From Microbotryum violaceum (lineage: Eukaryota), in NCBI GenBank assembly GCA_001244265.2, contig CDLV01000014.1:992001-1056000 (forward strand): a stretch of DNA of 64,000 nucleotides, given 5' to 3'. Made by a program: the position numbers and the translations under genes. Position 1 is the stretch's first letter. Every line of letters begins with the position of its first letter. Below are positions 24,075 through 37,800 of this stretch, one piece after another. Under the pieces are notes generated by a model, which did no database searches, was not told where the DNA came from, and saw nothing but the letters and a program-made list of their open reading frames with translations.

Positions 24075-24743
24075 GTGTACTCCCGGGGGTACACATACAC
24101 AGAGTCGGCGCGCGAAAAGAGTACAAGAGTGTAACCCCGAGGGACCCGGCCTGTGCCGCCGACAAAGCTGTGTACTCCCGGGGTACACAGTCATTCGGCG
24201 CGCGGGGTGTGATCATTACCGGGAGTACACAGCGGAAGAGTGGACCAGTCCTGCCTGCCCCGGGAGTACACAGGCGCTTTCCCGCTTGCGCCTTGTGTAC
24301 CCCGGGGGTGCAAAGTCGGTCACCGGTGGCAGATCACTGTATAATAACATATACGAGTCTCCAACGGCGGGAGGTGAATCCTTTCGGTAACTTCAGACAC
24401 ATCCTGGACTTTGAGCGGGTACATGGAAGTTCGTTGTAGTGCAGTTTCGCTCTGCTCTGCTCGGTGATTCGAACCAAGAATTCAGCTAAGGAAGTGCGTT
24501 GGCCTTGCGGGCTTTTCAGAGTGCAAGTCGGATGTAGCAAACAAATTTTTCGTCGGTCTTGTCGCAAGAGGTTATTCCATTCCGTAACCCCAGACACATC
24601 CTGAGCTTTGAACGGGGGCGTGGAAGTTTGTTGTAGTGCAGTCAGCAAGGCCGTCGGCGGCGACGGACCGCGCCTGAGCCGTGGAACCCCAGGGGTACAC
24701 AGCTGGAGAGGGCACCGGTCGTGTGTACCTCCGGCGGGTACAC
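24075..24743. repeat. Cluster of palindromic GTGTACYCCCGGG(G/A)GTACAC motifs plus a ~70-bp direct repeat
   Basis: Full or half motifs near 24075, 24170, 24218, 24258, 24295, 24685 and 24722. The CAGACACATCCTG...TTGTAGTGCAGT block occurs at ~24385 and ~24585. Confidence 0.75.
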
Positions 24744-25199
24744 ATCGCCACGCCGGTTGTACAGTGCTTGTTAAGAGTGTCCTAGAATTGATGAAGCATG
24801 TCGTCGCATACCGCTTCCTCATTTCCGGAGGCGCGGGACTCTGTTGTAGTGTATCTACGCCCTTCCCTAAGGTTAAAAATTGAACAAGGATTTCCGCCTT
24901 CGGAGTGCGTTGTACCCTCGGGTGAATCATGGTTGCAGCGCAGGATCTCCATTGACATAACATACAAGCTAGACGGCTACACACGCTCACGGAAAACTCG
25001 AGACGGTCATTGCCTAACTGGTGAATTGACACTCATGGTGCCTCATGTCCCAGTATCCAGGCCGCGCTCCAGCTCGCTCAGGCTGGTCAGCTCGGAGAGG
25101 GCGGAGAGGTTGCTTTTGGCCTCCGAGCCGGCTGCTGATCCGTGGTCGGAATTTTGGCCTGTCGCCGAACTGTGTTCCGATATCGCGTCCTCCTCTCAT

Positions 25200-26342
<1,143 letters not shown>

Positions 26343-27806
26343 GTGCCGGGTTCCGGGGATGTTGGTGCGGAGTCGAGCGTCCGAACGAAGCCCTCGGGCT
26401 TATAGTCAGGATGTCCCTCGAAGTAGCCTGTCAGGTCAGAACTTGAAGCGATTCCATTTATGCCTGCCCATTGTCTGATACAAATGTCGTAGATTGATTC
26501 GAGAATGTGTTACTGTGTGTTACAATAGTTGGTGCTCGTGTTAGAACTGAGGCGGGTCTGATTTTGCGCTGAGCGGGGGGAGGCTAGAAGAGACAGCTCT
26601 GTGGGCGATTGCACAAGTACTCCCTAATAATAGGTCAATCTCATTAGCAAGTTGCCCTAGTCCTGGGGCCATCCAGCAACCCGGGTTGCAGGCGGGCAAC
26701 ATGTATGGCTACGCCGCGCGGAAGCGAGGGTCGAAGGCGCGCCGCGCGCGCCACTTTTTAGCGTGCTTATGTATATAGCCAGAGGTGAATAAAACCTACC
26801 TGATGTTGGCTCAGCGCAGTCAGAGGACTGACAACTATGGTCACAGCCCGGCGTCCGTAGACCAAATACATGGCTTGAAATATCAAGCTCTTCCCGGAAC
26901 CCGTTGGAGCAATGACGAACACAGTGTCATACTGATTTCGAGTCTTGAACCGCTCATGCTGAAAAGTCCCGCGAGAGCTTCGATTTGCACCGGCCGGGGG
27001 ACAAAGTCCTCGCCAAATTTGTCGACCAAGAGGAGTCTGAGCTTCTTGCGTAAATCAATCGGGTCAACTCGATCTTTTTGAGTTAATTGTGATCTCCAGT
27101 GAGCAGCCCGAGAGCGACGGGTAGGCAGTTCGGGGGTTGTTTTGGTAGAGTGATGGTCCCTTGATGTCGTTGGCTTTGCCCTCGAAGCTGATCGTAAGGG
27201 CGACTCTCTGAACTCACTCGATGGAGACCGACGAGGTGTGCCCTTGACAGGTGTTGGCGTTTGTACGGGCATGGTGGATCATGAGGGCGGTAGCGACGTC
27301 GTGGACTGGCGTTGTGGACCGAAGGTGAGACCGGTGAGGCGCGGCTGGAAGAACCGTCCCTCTGGGTCCGTGCGCGAGCCAGCTCCAAGTCGAAAATAAC
27401 AACTTCTCACCGCTGTAGCTCAATGAATAGGCTTTGTAAGAGTCTTTCCTTGGGTACATGCTCGAAAGAATAGCATAAGAATGCTCCTATTGAAACAGAT
27501 TGTATAGGTTGATTTTATTTGCCATGCTACAGCAAGGTGGTACTTTTCTGGGCCAAATTTCGATAGGCAACTCAGCCAAACGCGCCGATAAGGTACAAGC
27601 GCAAGCCCCTCCACAGAGTGGAGGGTTTCGAGCTTATAAGTCGACGGCAGCCTGCACGCGGCGTGCCACGGCCCACGGCCCACGGCCCACAGCCCACTAT
27701 TACAGTCCGACTAAGAAGCTTATCAAAACTTAGAGGCGCGTGGGCCGGAGTCGTGACCCGGCATTTTCGTGTTCGTAATAGCATTCCAGACTTATCATTC
27801 ACATTC

Positions 27807-28042
27807 CAGGGTCGCCATCAGGTACAAGCAAGTAGACCGGGTCTAGACCGGTACCTAGTACCTACCTAGGTACTTAGTGACATTAGTGACAACGATTTCT
27901 GGGACCCCCTTGTCACTAATTGGTCACTAATTGGTCACTAATGTCACGTCACGTCACTAATGTCACGTCACTAATGTCATGTCACTAATGTCACGTCACT
28001 AATGTCACGTCACTAATGTCACCTATTAGTGACCCAGCCCTA
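27807..28042. mobile_element. Two fused, non-matching hAT-like termini with GTCACTAATGTCAC tandem repeats
   Basis: Left end CAGGGTCGCC with GGTAC/CTAG repeats. Right end (rc) TAGGGCTGGGTCACTAAT with 14-bp tandem repeats. No shared TSD. Confidence 0.6.
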
Positions 28043-28156
28043 GCCCCCGAGCAACCTTCCGTACGGGTTTGTAAGTTTACCCCAGTCCCAGGCACGCCAC
28101 GACGGGCATCCGCAGGCGCCGATAGGACCCCCGAAAGCCCGGGCCCGTACCCATGT

Positions 28157-28363
28157 CGGGGGGTGGGGGGGAGGAGAGGAAAAGAAAAGAAAAGAAAAAG
28201 AAAAAAAAAAAAAAGAGAAAAAGAGAAAAAAGGAGGGGGAGGAAAAAAAAAGAAGAAGAAGAGGAGAGGGAAAGGGAAAAAAGGGGGGGAAGGAGAAGAG
28301 GGAGGGGAAGAGAAAGAACTTGGAGAAAGAAGAGGGGGAGGTGAAAAAGGAGAAAGAGAGGAA
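28157..28363 (+). repeat. ~200-nt almost pure purine low-complexity tract
   Basis: Nearly only A/G with no regular period. Confidence 0.85.
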
Positions 28364-28499
28364 GTGGTACGGAACAAGTATTTTGACAACAGACTTCATA
28401 TTGCGCAGGTATTATACAGCTACAAAGTTGTGACACTTCTTTTGATGCCAAGCTCGGCCATTCATCTCAGCCCTTGTTAGTCCTCTACAGAACCTTCGT

Positions 28500-30040
28500 G
28501 ATTGTGGGTCGTTCGGATCCATCTCGTCTGTCGGCCCGAAAGGCTTCCCACAGTCCAAGCACGCCCCGTCACACTAAGTCACCGATCCGTCATCGCTTAG
28601 TTTTGACCCCTTGCGTCGACAAGTAGTTTGCCCACATAATCGACAGTGCCTTGCCCCTTTTGTGGTGGTACCCGCGCGCGTCAAAGCGCTGCTCGTGCCC
28701 AAGTCCGCGCTCGAACCAGCGTCGCTCGAGGCAGTTGCAACAAAGGGCGGATGGATGACGTTGGAGGATCCGAGAAATCGACTTCTACCTCTGTAAGCCT
28801 CCCCAAAACAGGCGGTTTGTGACCGAGTAATGGCTTAGCCGCTAGCATGCTAACATCACGACTGCGGGAGGGGTCGGTAAGCAAAGCTTGAATCACTATG
28901 ACGTCGTTCCCCTCCATGTTCATTGTGGCTTGAGCATTTGCCAGCGACGACCATCTCGGTGCCCATGTATTGATGTGCTCTGGCATCTGTGTGAGGATTG
29001 CGCTTCAGCTCAACATCATCACCATTCAGTGTGACACAGACGCGACATACTTTTTAGAAATGTCTAGTCCGTTGACATACTTGTTCCAAGGCTCGGTAAT
29101 CTCGAATATCCGAAGATTTTGAGGAGCTCCCAGTCGTACCTTGCTTGAGAGATATGTGTATAGCGCTCGTTGGCTGGGTGTATGGACATACAATACAGCG
29201 AATCGAGTACCCTGACGTTCCGCTGGCCAGTCGTGGCGAAGCTTGCGATCGGTCGGCAGCCGGCTTTGCATATGCTGTATCGCCGGCGTGTTGTTTTGCA
29301 GCAAGTTCCGTGGCGACCACTTGACGGGCTCCAAACGCAGAGTCCCGCGCTCGACTTGATAGGGCTCGATCAAAAAGCGCATTTGCGCTGTTGGCGACTG
29401 AACAACAGGTACGATGCCGAATGTTTCGGTGGATGGGGTGTAGAGCAGCGGTGGTTGAGTGCCGTGGGAAAAATGCCGAGGTTTTGCGCCTCAGACGATG
29501 TAATTCCACAGTGAGCCAGAGGTCGTAGTGCCCCAGGAATGGTTTTCCGGTACGATTGAACGTCCCAACCTGCGAATACAAGGGATAATGGGTGAAAATG
29601 GTTGCCGCTTCTTCGAATTGCGATGGTGGAGTTGGACTGACCGTGAGATTGTGCACTAGCACGTAGTCAGCCATGCACGCATTGACATGGCTCGGAGAAA
29701 CACCAGACTTTGGAAACCGTTGGCGAAGGTTCCGATGGATGCCTCCTTCGAGACTGTTGGTGTCTCGCTGGCAGAAATATAAACGGACACCTTCATCCGC
29801 CTTTCCATCTGGCCCTCCGCAAGGCGCAAGGTCGGTGTACAACTCAATGCCAACTGGATCCGATACTTGGCCTTTCCGAATCGCCTCAAGACATCTCTTC
29901 GCTGCCTCGTGCGTCGCTTTGTTGAAAAGTGGTTGCTTCGACTTCGCATCGACCGAGCTTCTCAAAGACCTCCCGGACCAAAGGCTCGAGAATCGCCATT
30001 GAGACAGCAAATGAAAACTTGCCAGGTCGTGTAGGTTCAT
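28500..30040 (-). pseudogene. C-terminal remnant of a putative transposase-like protein (resembles the fungal DUF6729/exonuclease-associated family)
   Basis: PLFNK...IRKGQVSDPVGIELY...LYFCQRDTNSLEGGIH...YVLVHNLTVGTFNRTG...GHYDLW, ERQGTRFAVLYVHT, PEHINTW and a terminal CxxC. Family recalled from memory. Confidence 0.7.
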
Positions 30041-30166
30041 TTAAGTAGCAACTGTCTTCTTGCAGAACCACTAAACAGAACCAGCATTCTTTCACAGGCT
30101 CAAATTTTTCGGCTCCCATCCCTTCTGCGTCACGACACTCGTCAGCTTGCGCTTGATCCGAAAAGC

Positions 30167-31095
30167 TTGATCGAGCACCGTCGGGCCCATCAATGTGCCC
30201 ACCTCAAGGCTGTCCTACTCAAGGGAAGGCACGGCGCCCCCACCTCGACTGCCCAAGATTTCAATCCCACATCAAAAGCAAAATTGTCCGAGCACAGTGA
30301 AGTGCACTCCAGTGTCCTCCGAGGCTTAGTGCAATCGATGGGTGCAGCCCGTCTCGAAGCCATGTCAGGAGTTGCGAGGTCCATTCGTTGGACAGGACAA
30401 GGGACCTTCAGTCGCTTTGCGACCGCAAACGAGACAGACAACATAGGATACATCCAAGACGGATGTAAAGAAGTGAGCTACAATCGTGTGCTGTGCACAT
30501 ATGGCCCAGAGAGTGCTCATCAATAATGTTCATTCTTGCCCAGGTACGGATGCAATTGCGAGCAAGGCAATACACGGTATTCGCCGAGATCCCAATGTTT
30601 GGGTCGATTGACGGAAACGTCACGTCAGCCACGCCTTTGAAAATCGGCTCTCTTGTCTGCTTCAGATTGAAACGAGGCATCGTACCTGGCAGTTGTGACG
30701 CCAGCAACATAGGAGAAGAACAATTGTCCATTGGACTTAGTTCGTGCATCTCACTGTAGCTAGCTTACTGCTGTGCAGAGTGAATGGCATCTATTTTACC
30801 TCTCGTAGTACGTTACATGTATGCCAAGGCCACGTCAAATCATTGTGACAGAGCGGAGACCGACTCCCTCGCATTACTCTCGAATGTCGTCCTCCAAGAA
30901 TGGCGAGTTGTGGGCAAGGGCCGTTATTCGACGCATATGATTGACGGCACGACTCGCTTCTTTGGACTCGATGCTCGACAAATTATCCAATCCTCGGAAT
31001 CATCCTCAACGTCCGCCCTCACTCTCGCACCCCAGGATTCAGTCGCATACCTCGGGCCCGGGGGAGCGTGTCTTCGACTTAAGCCAGCAGGCTGA
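30167..31095 (+). pseudogene. C-terminal remnant of a second, oppositely oriented element gene
   Basis: LIEHRRAHQ...GVARSIRW...YIQDGCKE|...FGSIDGNVTSATPLKIGSLVCF...|VRYMYAK...LLSNVVLQE. Conserved at protein level, with the same intron positions, in the copy at 41350-42000. Confidence 0.7.
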
Positions 31096-31502
31096 GGCAA
31101 GGTTCTGTTTTCTTCGGCGCTGCAACGGATTACGAAACGCTTCTGTGTCCTTGAATGATCAAATGAAGGGTGTGAAAGATGTAGGGTCAAAAAGGAAGGC
31201 AGCAAGTGCAGGTGAGGAGCCCTCGGCCAAGCAGAACCGAACTGGCTGACACGCGCGCGTGCTCCGCCGATTCGGCCCGAGCGAAAAACGTCTGGACGGC
31301 GTTTTTGCGATTTTTGGAGATGTTTTAGAGCATTTGAAGCAATTCTAGAGCTATTTTTCGAGGCGCGTAGATGGACTGGACATTTTGGGGACTTTTTTGG
31401 GTGAAAACTCCCAAAAATGGTGGACAAATGAGGTCCAAAATCGGCGATTGTGGCGGATTTTACCTACGCGCCTCGGGCTGGGCTTTCATGGGTCCTGCGC
31501 CG

Positions 31503-34500
31503 ATGCTTTTGTTGGCCCAGGCCCAGGCACCCCAAAGTCGCTCGTCCAACTCGACTTCGTCGTCCTCATCGTCGACGGCATCGAGCGGGAGGTCGCGTAT
31601 GACCAAGACGGCGGTAGCGACCATGACCTACAACCCGTCTTCTTCACACATATTCCCAGGCAAGCGATTACCCCCGGTCGTAGCTCTGATCGGGCACGGG
31701 AACGGCCACACCACGTCGTCGGCGAATGGCAAAGGCTCGCCTCCCCGAGAAGACTCGAGCTTGGCGCCGCATCATCATCACGTCAGCGCTGGTGGTGCAG
31801 GCAGCAGCTCGCATCATTCGCGTGCTAGCTCCGTCTCGGATGCGATCAGTATCCACTCGCAAGCGTCGATGTCGACCACTGGAAACAGCATGTACCGCAA
31901 TGCGATCAGTATCCACTCGCAAGCGTCGATGTCGACCACTGGAAACAGCATGTACCGCAATGCGACCTACTCGCCTCCGCCGGGCCTTTCGATTGAGACC
32001 GAGGCCGACGACTACCTCGGCCAACACGATTTCGGCCACGAGGAGTCGCTGCAGGCGTTCGTGAGCTCCAACGCGTTCCCGACGCGTCCCCAACCGCCCA
32101 GCTCGCTTCCGAGATCGGCTCGAATCGACCAGAGCTGCTCGATCCCCGCTGCAGCTCAGTGGCTTCTATCGACGTCTCCACCCACGGTTCGACGCGCTGC
32201 CTCGACCTCGAGCTCGTCTCGCCCCGCGTCCTACTCGGCAAACGGTCGGCCCTTTTCCTCTTACTCGATCCTGCAGAATGGAAGCAGCAGTAGCAATATC
32301 TTCTCGCAGCGCAGCTACGAGCTGGAGAGCAACAGCAACTCAGAATACTCGGGATACTCTTCTACCAGCTCTGGCAAGGGTCTCTCGTGGGGAAAGAAGA
32401 GCTTGTTGAGCGTCTTCGGGCGTGGACCTCGACGGCAGAACCCGATGTCATCCCTGTCGCGACCGGAGCCCAAGTCGATCACACTGCAATTGTCGCGACC
32501 GAACCCGAATCGATCAGGCCGTCTTGACAGTGCGATCTCGCCCGCTGAAGCTCCTAAAGTTTGGGATGACTGGATCAAGCAATATGCGAACGTGAGTTGT
32601 CGCACGGGGGCGCACTTGTGGGTCCTCTGCGCTGTGTGGTTTCTGACCTGGGTCTGATCATCTCTTCCGAGCAGGGTGGTATGGACGTCGAGAATCCACC
32701 CCGACCCCCGCCTCCGATGGCTAGCAATACGTTCCCAAGCTTGCATGCAAGTTCCCGCTCGAGTCGCAACCCTGCTGAGGAAGGCAAACTCTCGGCCCCG
32801 AACCAGCCGCTCGAATCGGTGCGGCAAAAGATGATCGCGCGCCTGGAGCTGTTCGGTCCCATCGAGATCACGAGTGCCCGAACAGCGTCCAGAATGGTGA
32901 CACCGATAGCCAGCTCCTCGTCTTCGCAATTCACTCAAGGAACAGATCGAAACTCGTCCTTGTTTGACCGCCGCGCATCGAATGGCTCGACTGCGCAATC
33001 ATCCGTTTCGGCCACGAGCTCGGAATCGACGCCGGCTTTCCTCAACTCGGCGGGGTTCAACGACGTGCCAGAACCGCCGTCCTGCCTCTCTTTTGCGAAT
33101 CACCCATCACTCGCATCGATCTTGAGGCGGGCGAAGAACACGTTCGGCGTCAGGATCGTGCTCGTGGCGGTCTTGCTCGAAGACAAGCAGCGATTCTTGG
33201 CCGCCACGGGAATGCCCAAGGGCGTTGAGTCGCTTCCTCGCGAGGTCACTTTCTGCGCTCACACCGTCCTGAATGGCGAGAGAGGTCTTGTCGTCCTTGA
33301 CACGCAGCGAGATTGGAGGTGAGTTGCCGTGGGGTTTTTAACTGTTTTTATTTGTTTTTGGAGAGACTAACGAGCCCCCATGACTGCCATCCCCAGGTTC
33401 CGAAACAATGTCCTGTCAGTTTCGGTCAACGCGCGTATGTATGCTGGGATGCCCATATATCCACCTTCCAATGCCGAACTGGAAGAAGAAGCCGGCGGAC
33501 GGCTTCCGATCGGAACCCTGTGTCTACTCGACGATCGTCCTCGAACAGAGTTCACGCAGTCGGAGCGTGCACAGCTACGCGCTCTCGCGAGTGATGTTTC
33601 GGTCGAGATCGAGGCGTGGTTCTCCGAGCTGCGGTCTTCCGTGGTATCACTTTCGTCCTCGATGGCCGACTTGTCGCACAATCAGGTCATGCAGGTTGCG
33701 TTTGACAAACCCTCGCCTTCATCAGGGTACACCGACTGGAACGTGCTCAAGACGCCAGTTGCATCGACTTTCCCGAACTCGAGTCCCAGCAAGATTGTGC
33801 AGTCGCCGGCGTCTGTGTCCTCGATTAAGCCCGCGCTCAAGTGCCGGCCCAACGACCCAGCAACATACACGGCCGTGTCGCTGTCGAGCCATGTGCCTCA
33901 GGCCCTCCCTACAACGCCCAAAGAAGAGATCGCACGCCATCTCCACACGGGCCGCAGTCAAAGGATGAAGCCGAGAATCAAGCCCGATATCCCGGTTCGT
34001 GACGTTCGCCGATCGGCGTTATCGCCCGAGGTCAACCCTGCCACTTCCAGTCCAGAGTCGTCTGCTTGTTTTCAGAACGTTTCCCCGACCTTCATCCGCC
34101 AGACGTTTCCATCGGCCAAGACACGACCGCAACCTCGAACGCTTCATCAAAAGTTGCTTGACTCGGCGATCAAGTCGCTTGGCGATCGTCTTGCGCTCTC
34201 GCTCGTGTACCTCGTTTCGATGTCGAACCTCTCGGAGGAGGGGCCCCACGCGCTGGCACTCCTCTCCGCACACAACCTGCCGGCCACGACGCCATCGTTC
34301 GACTCGGCATTACACCTCAAAGCACTCCGAGCCGCCGAAGGGGGTTTGCTCTATCGTAACCCCGCTATCGCGACGCTCGGTCCGAATGAAGAGTTCCAGG
34401 GCCCCGGTTTCGCGTCGGGGATCCTTTTGCCCGTTGCGGAGCGGGAGGGTATGGGCTGGGTCTTGGCGGGGTACACCAAGGATGCGACGCGTGTTTTCTC

Positions 34501-34591
34501 CGAAGAAGAATTGGATCGTTTCGTTGATATCTCGGCTCAACTCGCCCAACTCGTCGCGGAGGATCCACCGACGATGGATGCCGAGTTATAA
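31503..34591 (+). CDS. GAF-domain protein (Ser-rich N-terminus, GAF, probable second degenerate GAF; no kinase domain seen), 3 exons
   Basis: PREVTFCAHTVLNGERGLVVLDTQRDWR|FRNN...MYAGMPI...PIGTLCLLDDRPRTEF. Introns at ~32592-32673 and ~33319-33397. The true start may lie upstream of the TE. Confidence 0.85.
31840..31959 (+). repeat. Exact in-frame 60-bp tandem duplication within the GAF gene
   Basis: AISIHSQASMSTTGNSMYRN twice, bounded by ATGCGA microhomology. Confidence 0.95.
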
Positions 34592-34898
34592 GACTTCTTC
34601 GTTAGGCATGCACTCCTTATTAGCATGTACTCATTCCTGCTTACATATATCAATTCACCCACTGAGTTTTTATCTTATTCTGTACATGTCGTTGGAATTC
34701 CCCCAGTTTTGTAACCACACCTTTGCGATGTTCTCCATATAGTAGCGTTAAATATTGGCCACGGCTGCTGCGCCCGTGCCTGGCGCTCTCGGGCGCTCTC
34801 GCGCTCTCTGCTAGCTCTGCTCCGTCTCCTTCCGTCTCGCAGCTTGACGCCCCTCCTGTACTGACGACATCGCTGCTTGGGTCCCCTTCATCGCCGCG

Positions 34899-37800
34899 AT
34901 GTCGTTCCTCCAAGCTCCCTCACCCCAACTAGGACCCTCCATCGTCATCTGGATCAACTCGCTCGCGTCGACATTGCCCAGCTCGAACCGGACTGACGCG
35001 GATGATGTCGACGGAGCGGGCGAGCGCGGTGGGGCAGGGGCAGAGCGACGCGTCGTGAGGAGCTTGAATGATTTGAATGATGGGGTCGTGTTGGGGGAGA
35101 TTGTGGGGGAGGTGTGAGTTGTTGTTCGTTTTGGGGTGCTTTGCTTTCTGGGGTTGGTGGTTGTGGTCTGGGCGATCGGTAGGCGTTGGGACGATACAAC
35201 ACGAGCTGGCCTGCGATTGTGTGGTCAACGTCGGATCATGTGCGAGTGGGGTCAAGGGAGAGCGCATGGTGCACGGATCACCTCCAAGACCTCAACCACT
35301 ACGACATGGAGAATATGCGTCGCATAAGCTCCATGCGTCTGCCATTACAGACCGGCCTTCCGGCACGCTCCTATAGGCTTACTTTTGAGTCCTCTACGAG
35401 ATCCGCGCTGACCTTCTCTCCACCTTCCTTCAGTGATCCGGCCTACTTCCGACCCCTCGCTACGACGACGAAGCAGAAAACGCTATCCGAGAACTGGGTC
35501 TTGCGCTTCAACAACCTCAAGAGGCTGTACAAGCTCTTGATCCGCTACTACGAGTCAGTTCACGCGCCCCCTTCCCCTCCCCCTCCCCCACTTCTGGGGC
35601 TCGAGCGTCGGAGACGAAAGTTGCTGAGCGTGCGACTCTGCTCTGTACTACAGGGATGTCTTGCGCTCGCCTACGGTTTCCCTTCCTACTCCCAACCTTC
35701 AACTCATCGCCAAATCTGATCCCACGAGTGATGTCGAAACCTGTCGTCTCGCCGGCCTCGTACTCGCCCTGGCCGTCTGTTCCGAGAAGCGTCAATTCTA
35801 CGTCGAGAAGATCCAATCGCTCGACGAATGGGTCCAGCGTGAACTGATGATCTCGATCGAGCAGGTCATGAGTCGGATCAAGACCAGGACACCTCCCTTG
35901 CCGAGCTCGGAGATGCTGAATGACAGGGATGTCATTGTCGATGAGGATCATGATGATGGGGATAGCGAATTTTACGCGCTGCATCAGGATCGATCGAGGT
36001 TGCTTTCCGACAAGGACGCCTTGCAGATCGTTTATGAGGAACTGTTGAGGGCCCATCGGACGCTGCAAGAGGATCATGAAGAGGCTTTGTCGGCCGTCGC
36101 GGCGGCCGAGGTAAGAGCGAACGAAGCCGTCGCCGTCGTCGAAGCGAACAAGGGCGAACGCGCCGACGCGGGCTATAAAGCCGAACTCGATCGCATGCGA
36201 CAGGCCCTCCAACAAACCGAGGATCAATTGAGCGAAGCAGAACAGATTGTCGAAAGGCAATCGAGGATCGTCGAGGAGTTGCAGACCAGGGTCGAGGATT
36301 TGGAGCCCAAGGCGGCGGAGGCGACCAAGTTGAAGGACCAGATGGACGAGTATCGTCATGCGGTGGAGAAGGCCAAGAAGGCCGAGAATGTGATTGAGAA
36401 GTACAAGAAGAAGTTGGAAGACTCCGCGGATCTGAGGAAGTCGCTCAGGGTAGGGTAGCTTTCTGCCGGTTGCCTCATGAAGGGGATGATGAAGCTGACT
36501 AATCGGTGTTCGGCCCGCCGAATGCAGACGCTGGAAGAGCAGAATTCTGATCTTTTAGATCGCTACGGCACACTCGAGGAAGAACATGCCAAGCTCGCCG
36601 CGTTTAAGCCCTTGATGGACTCGTACAAGAACAAGATCGACACCCTCGAAGGGAAATCGTCGACCCTGACCAAGGAGAACGACAAGCTGCGGCTCGAGAT
36701 CCAACGCGCGACGGAAAAACTCAAAATTGCGCAGGAGCAACAGAACATGGATCGTGAAGCACTCGGGTTGTACGAGGAGCGAGTACACGAGCTGGAAGCG
36801 GGGCCGACACCTCGCAAGGCACCTCGAGGGGATGTCGTGGCCGAGGACGACGATGAAGATTCTAACGAGGTCGGAGGCGAGCTCGACGATGCGTTCCGAG
36901 GCACGACGATGACGGACCTCAAGCTCCAAGTACGCAAGTTGAAGCGCCAACTCAACGAGGCCATGATGAACTCGGCCGAACATTCGCGCGTCGTCGTGCT
37001 CGAGAACTTGCTCGAGGATGCGAATCGGACCAAGGCCAAGTATGAGATGGATTATCTCCGTGGCCATCGCGAGAAATTGGGCGTCGAGGCCAAGTTGGAG
37101 GAGATTATTTCGGGAAAATCAAGGCTTGGCGATGGGTGGGTGCCCGGAAGGGTCAAAACTTTGCTTCGAGGGAGCCAGTATTTGACCTTTCGGTTATGCA
37201 CACAGTCCCGAAGCCGCTATCGCACTGCGGATGCGGTTGAACGAAACGGTCGAAGAGCTCGAGCGGTTACGACACGATCGCGCCAAACTTGATGTTGAGT
37301 ACGCAAAGTTGAAAGACGAACACACAGTAGCCAAGTCCGACTGTACGTTGTTGCTCTTTCTATTTCCTCGATTGACATCAGCTGACTCGAGTTTTATCCC
37401 GCAGTGATACTCGTCAATAGGGACCAACTCGACATCCTTAGATCGTTGCGAGCCTCGGTGGCGACCGAAAAAGAAGCCTTGACGGCCGAAGTCGAACGGC
37501 TGAAAACCTCCTTGCGCGGTGCTGAGGACAAGGTTAAGATGCAAATGAGCCAGGTTGGTACTGACCTTCAAACTCGGAAGCTCGCGAAACTGGAGACTGA
37601 CGCCGAGTCCTTCTAACGCGCAGGTCAATACTTTGCTCATGGACAAGGTGTCGATGCAAAATGACGGCATCAGCCAACGAGAGCAGATGTTGGAACAGGA
37701 GAAGGAGTCGAGGTAAGTCTGAACTGCTCGGGCATCGACAGGGTGTGATCGTTGAAGCGGCTTCGCTCCACCTGATCTTTTAGCCACCTGCGGACGTCAC

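Larger units (their letters stand above)
28124..31496. mobile_element. Unclassified TIR DNA transposon (AGGACCC family), internally deleted
   Basis: TIRs AGGACCCCCGAAAGCCC and AGGACCCATGAAAGCCC (rc). Exact 8-bp TSD GCGCCGAT at 28116-28123 and 31497-31504. Confidence 0.9.

Noticed and set aside
27991-28480. Lys/Glu-rich and Phe/Ser-rich ORFs
   Set aside because: They are translations of the purine low-complexity tract.
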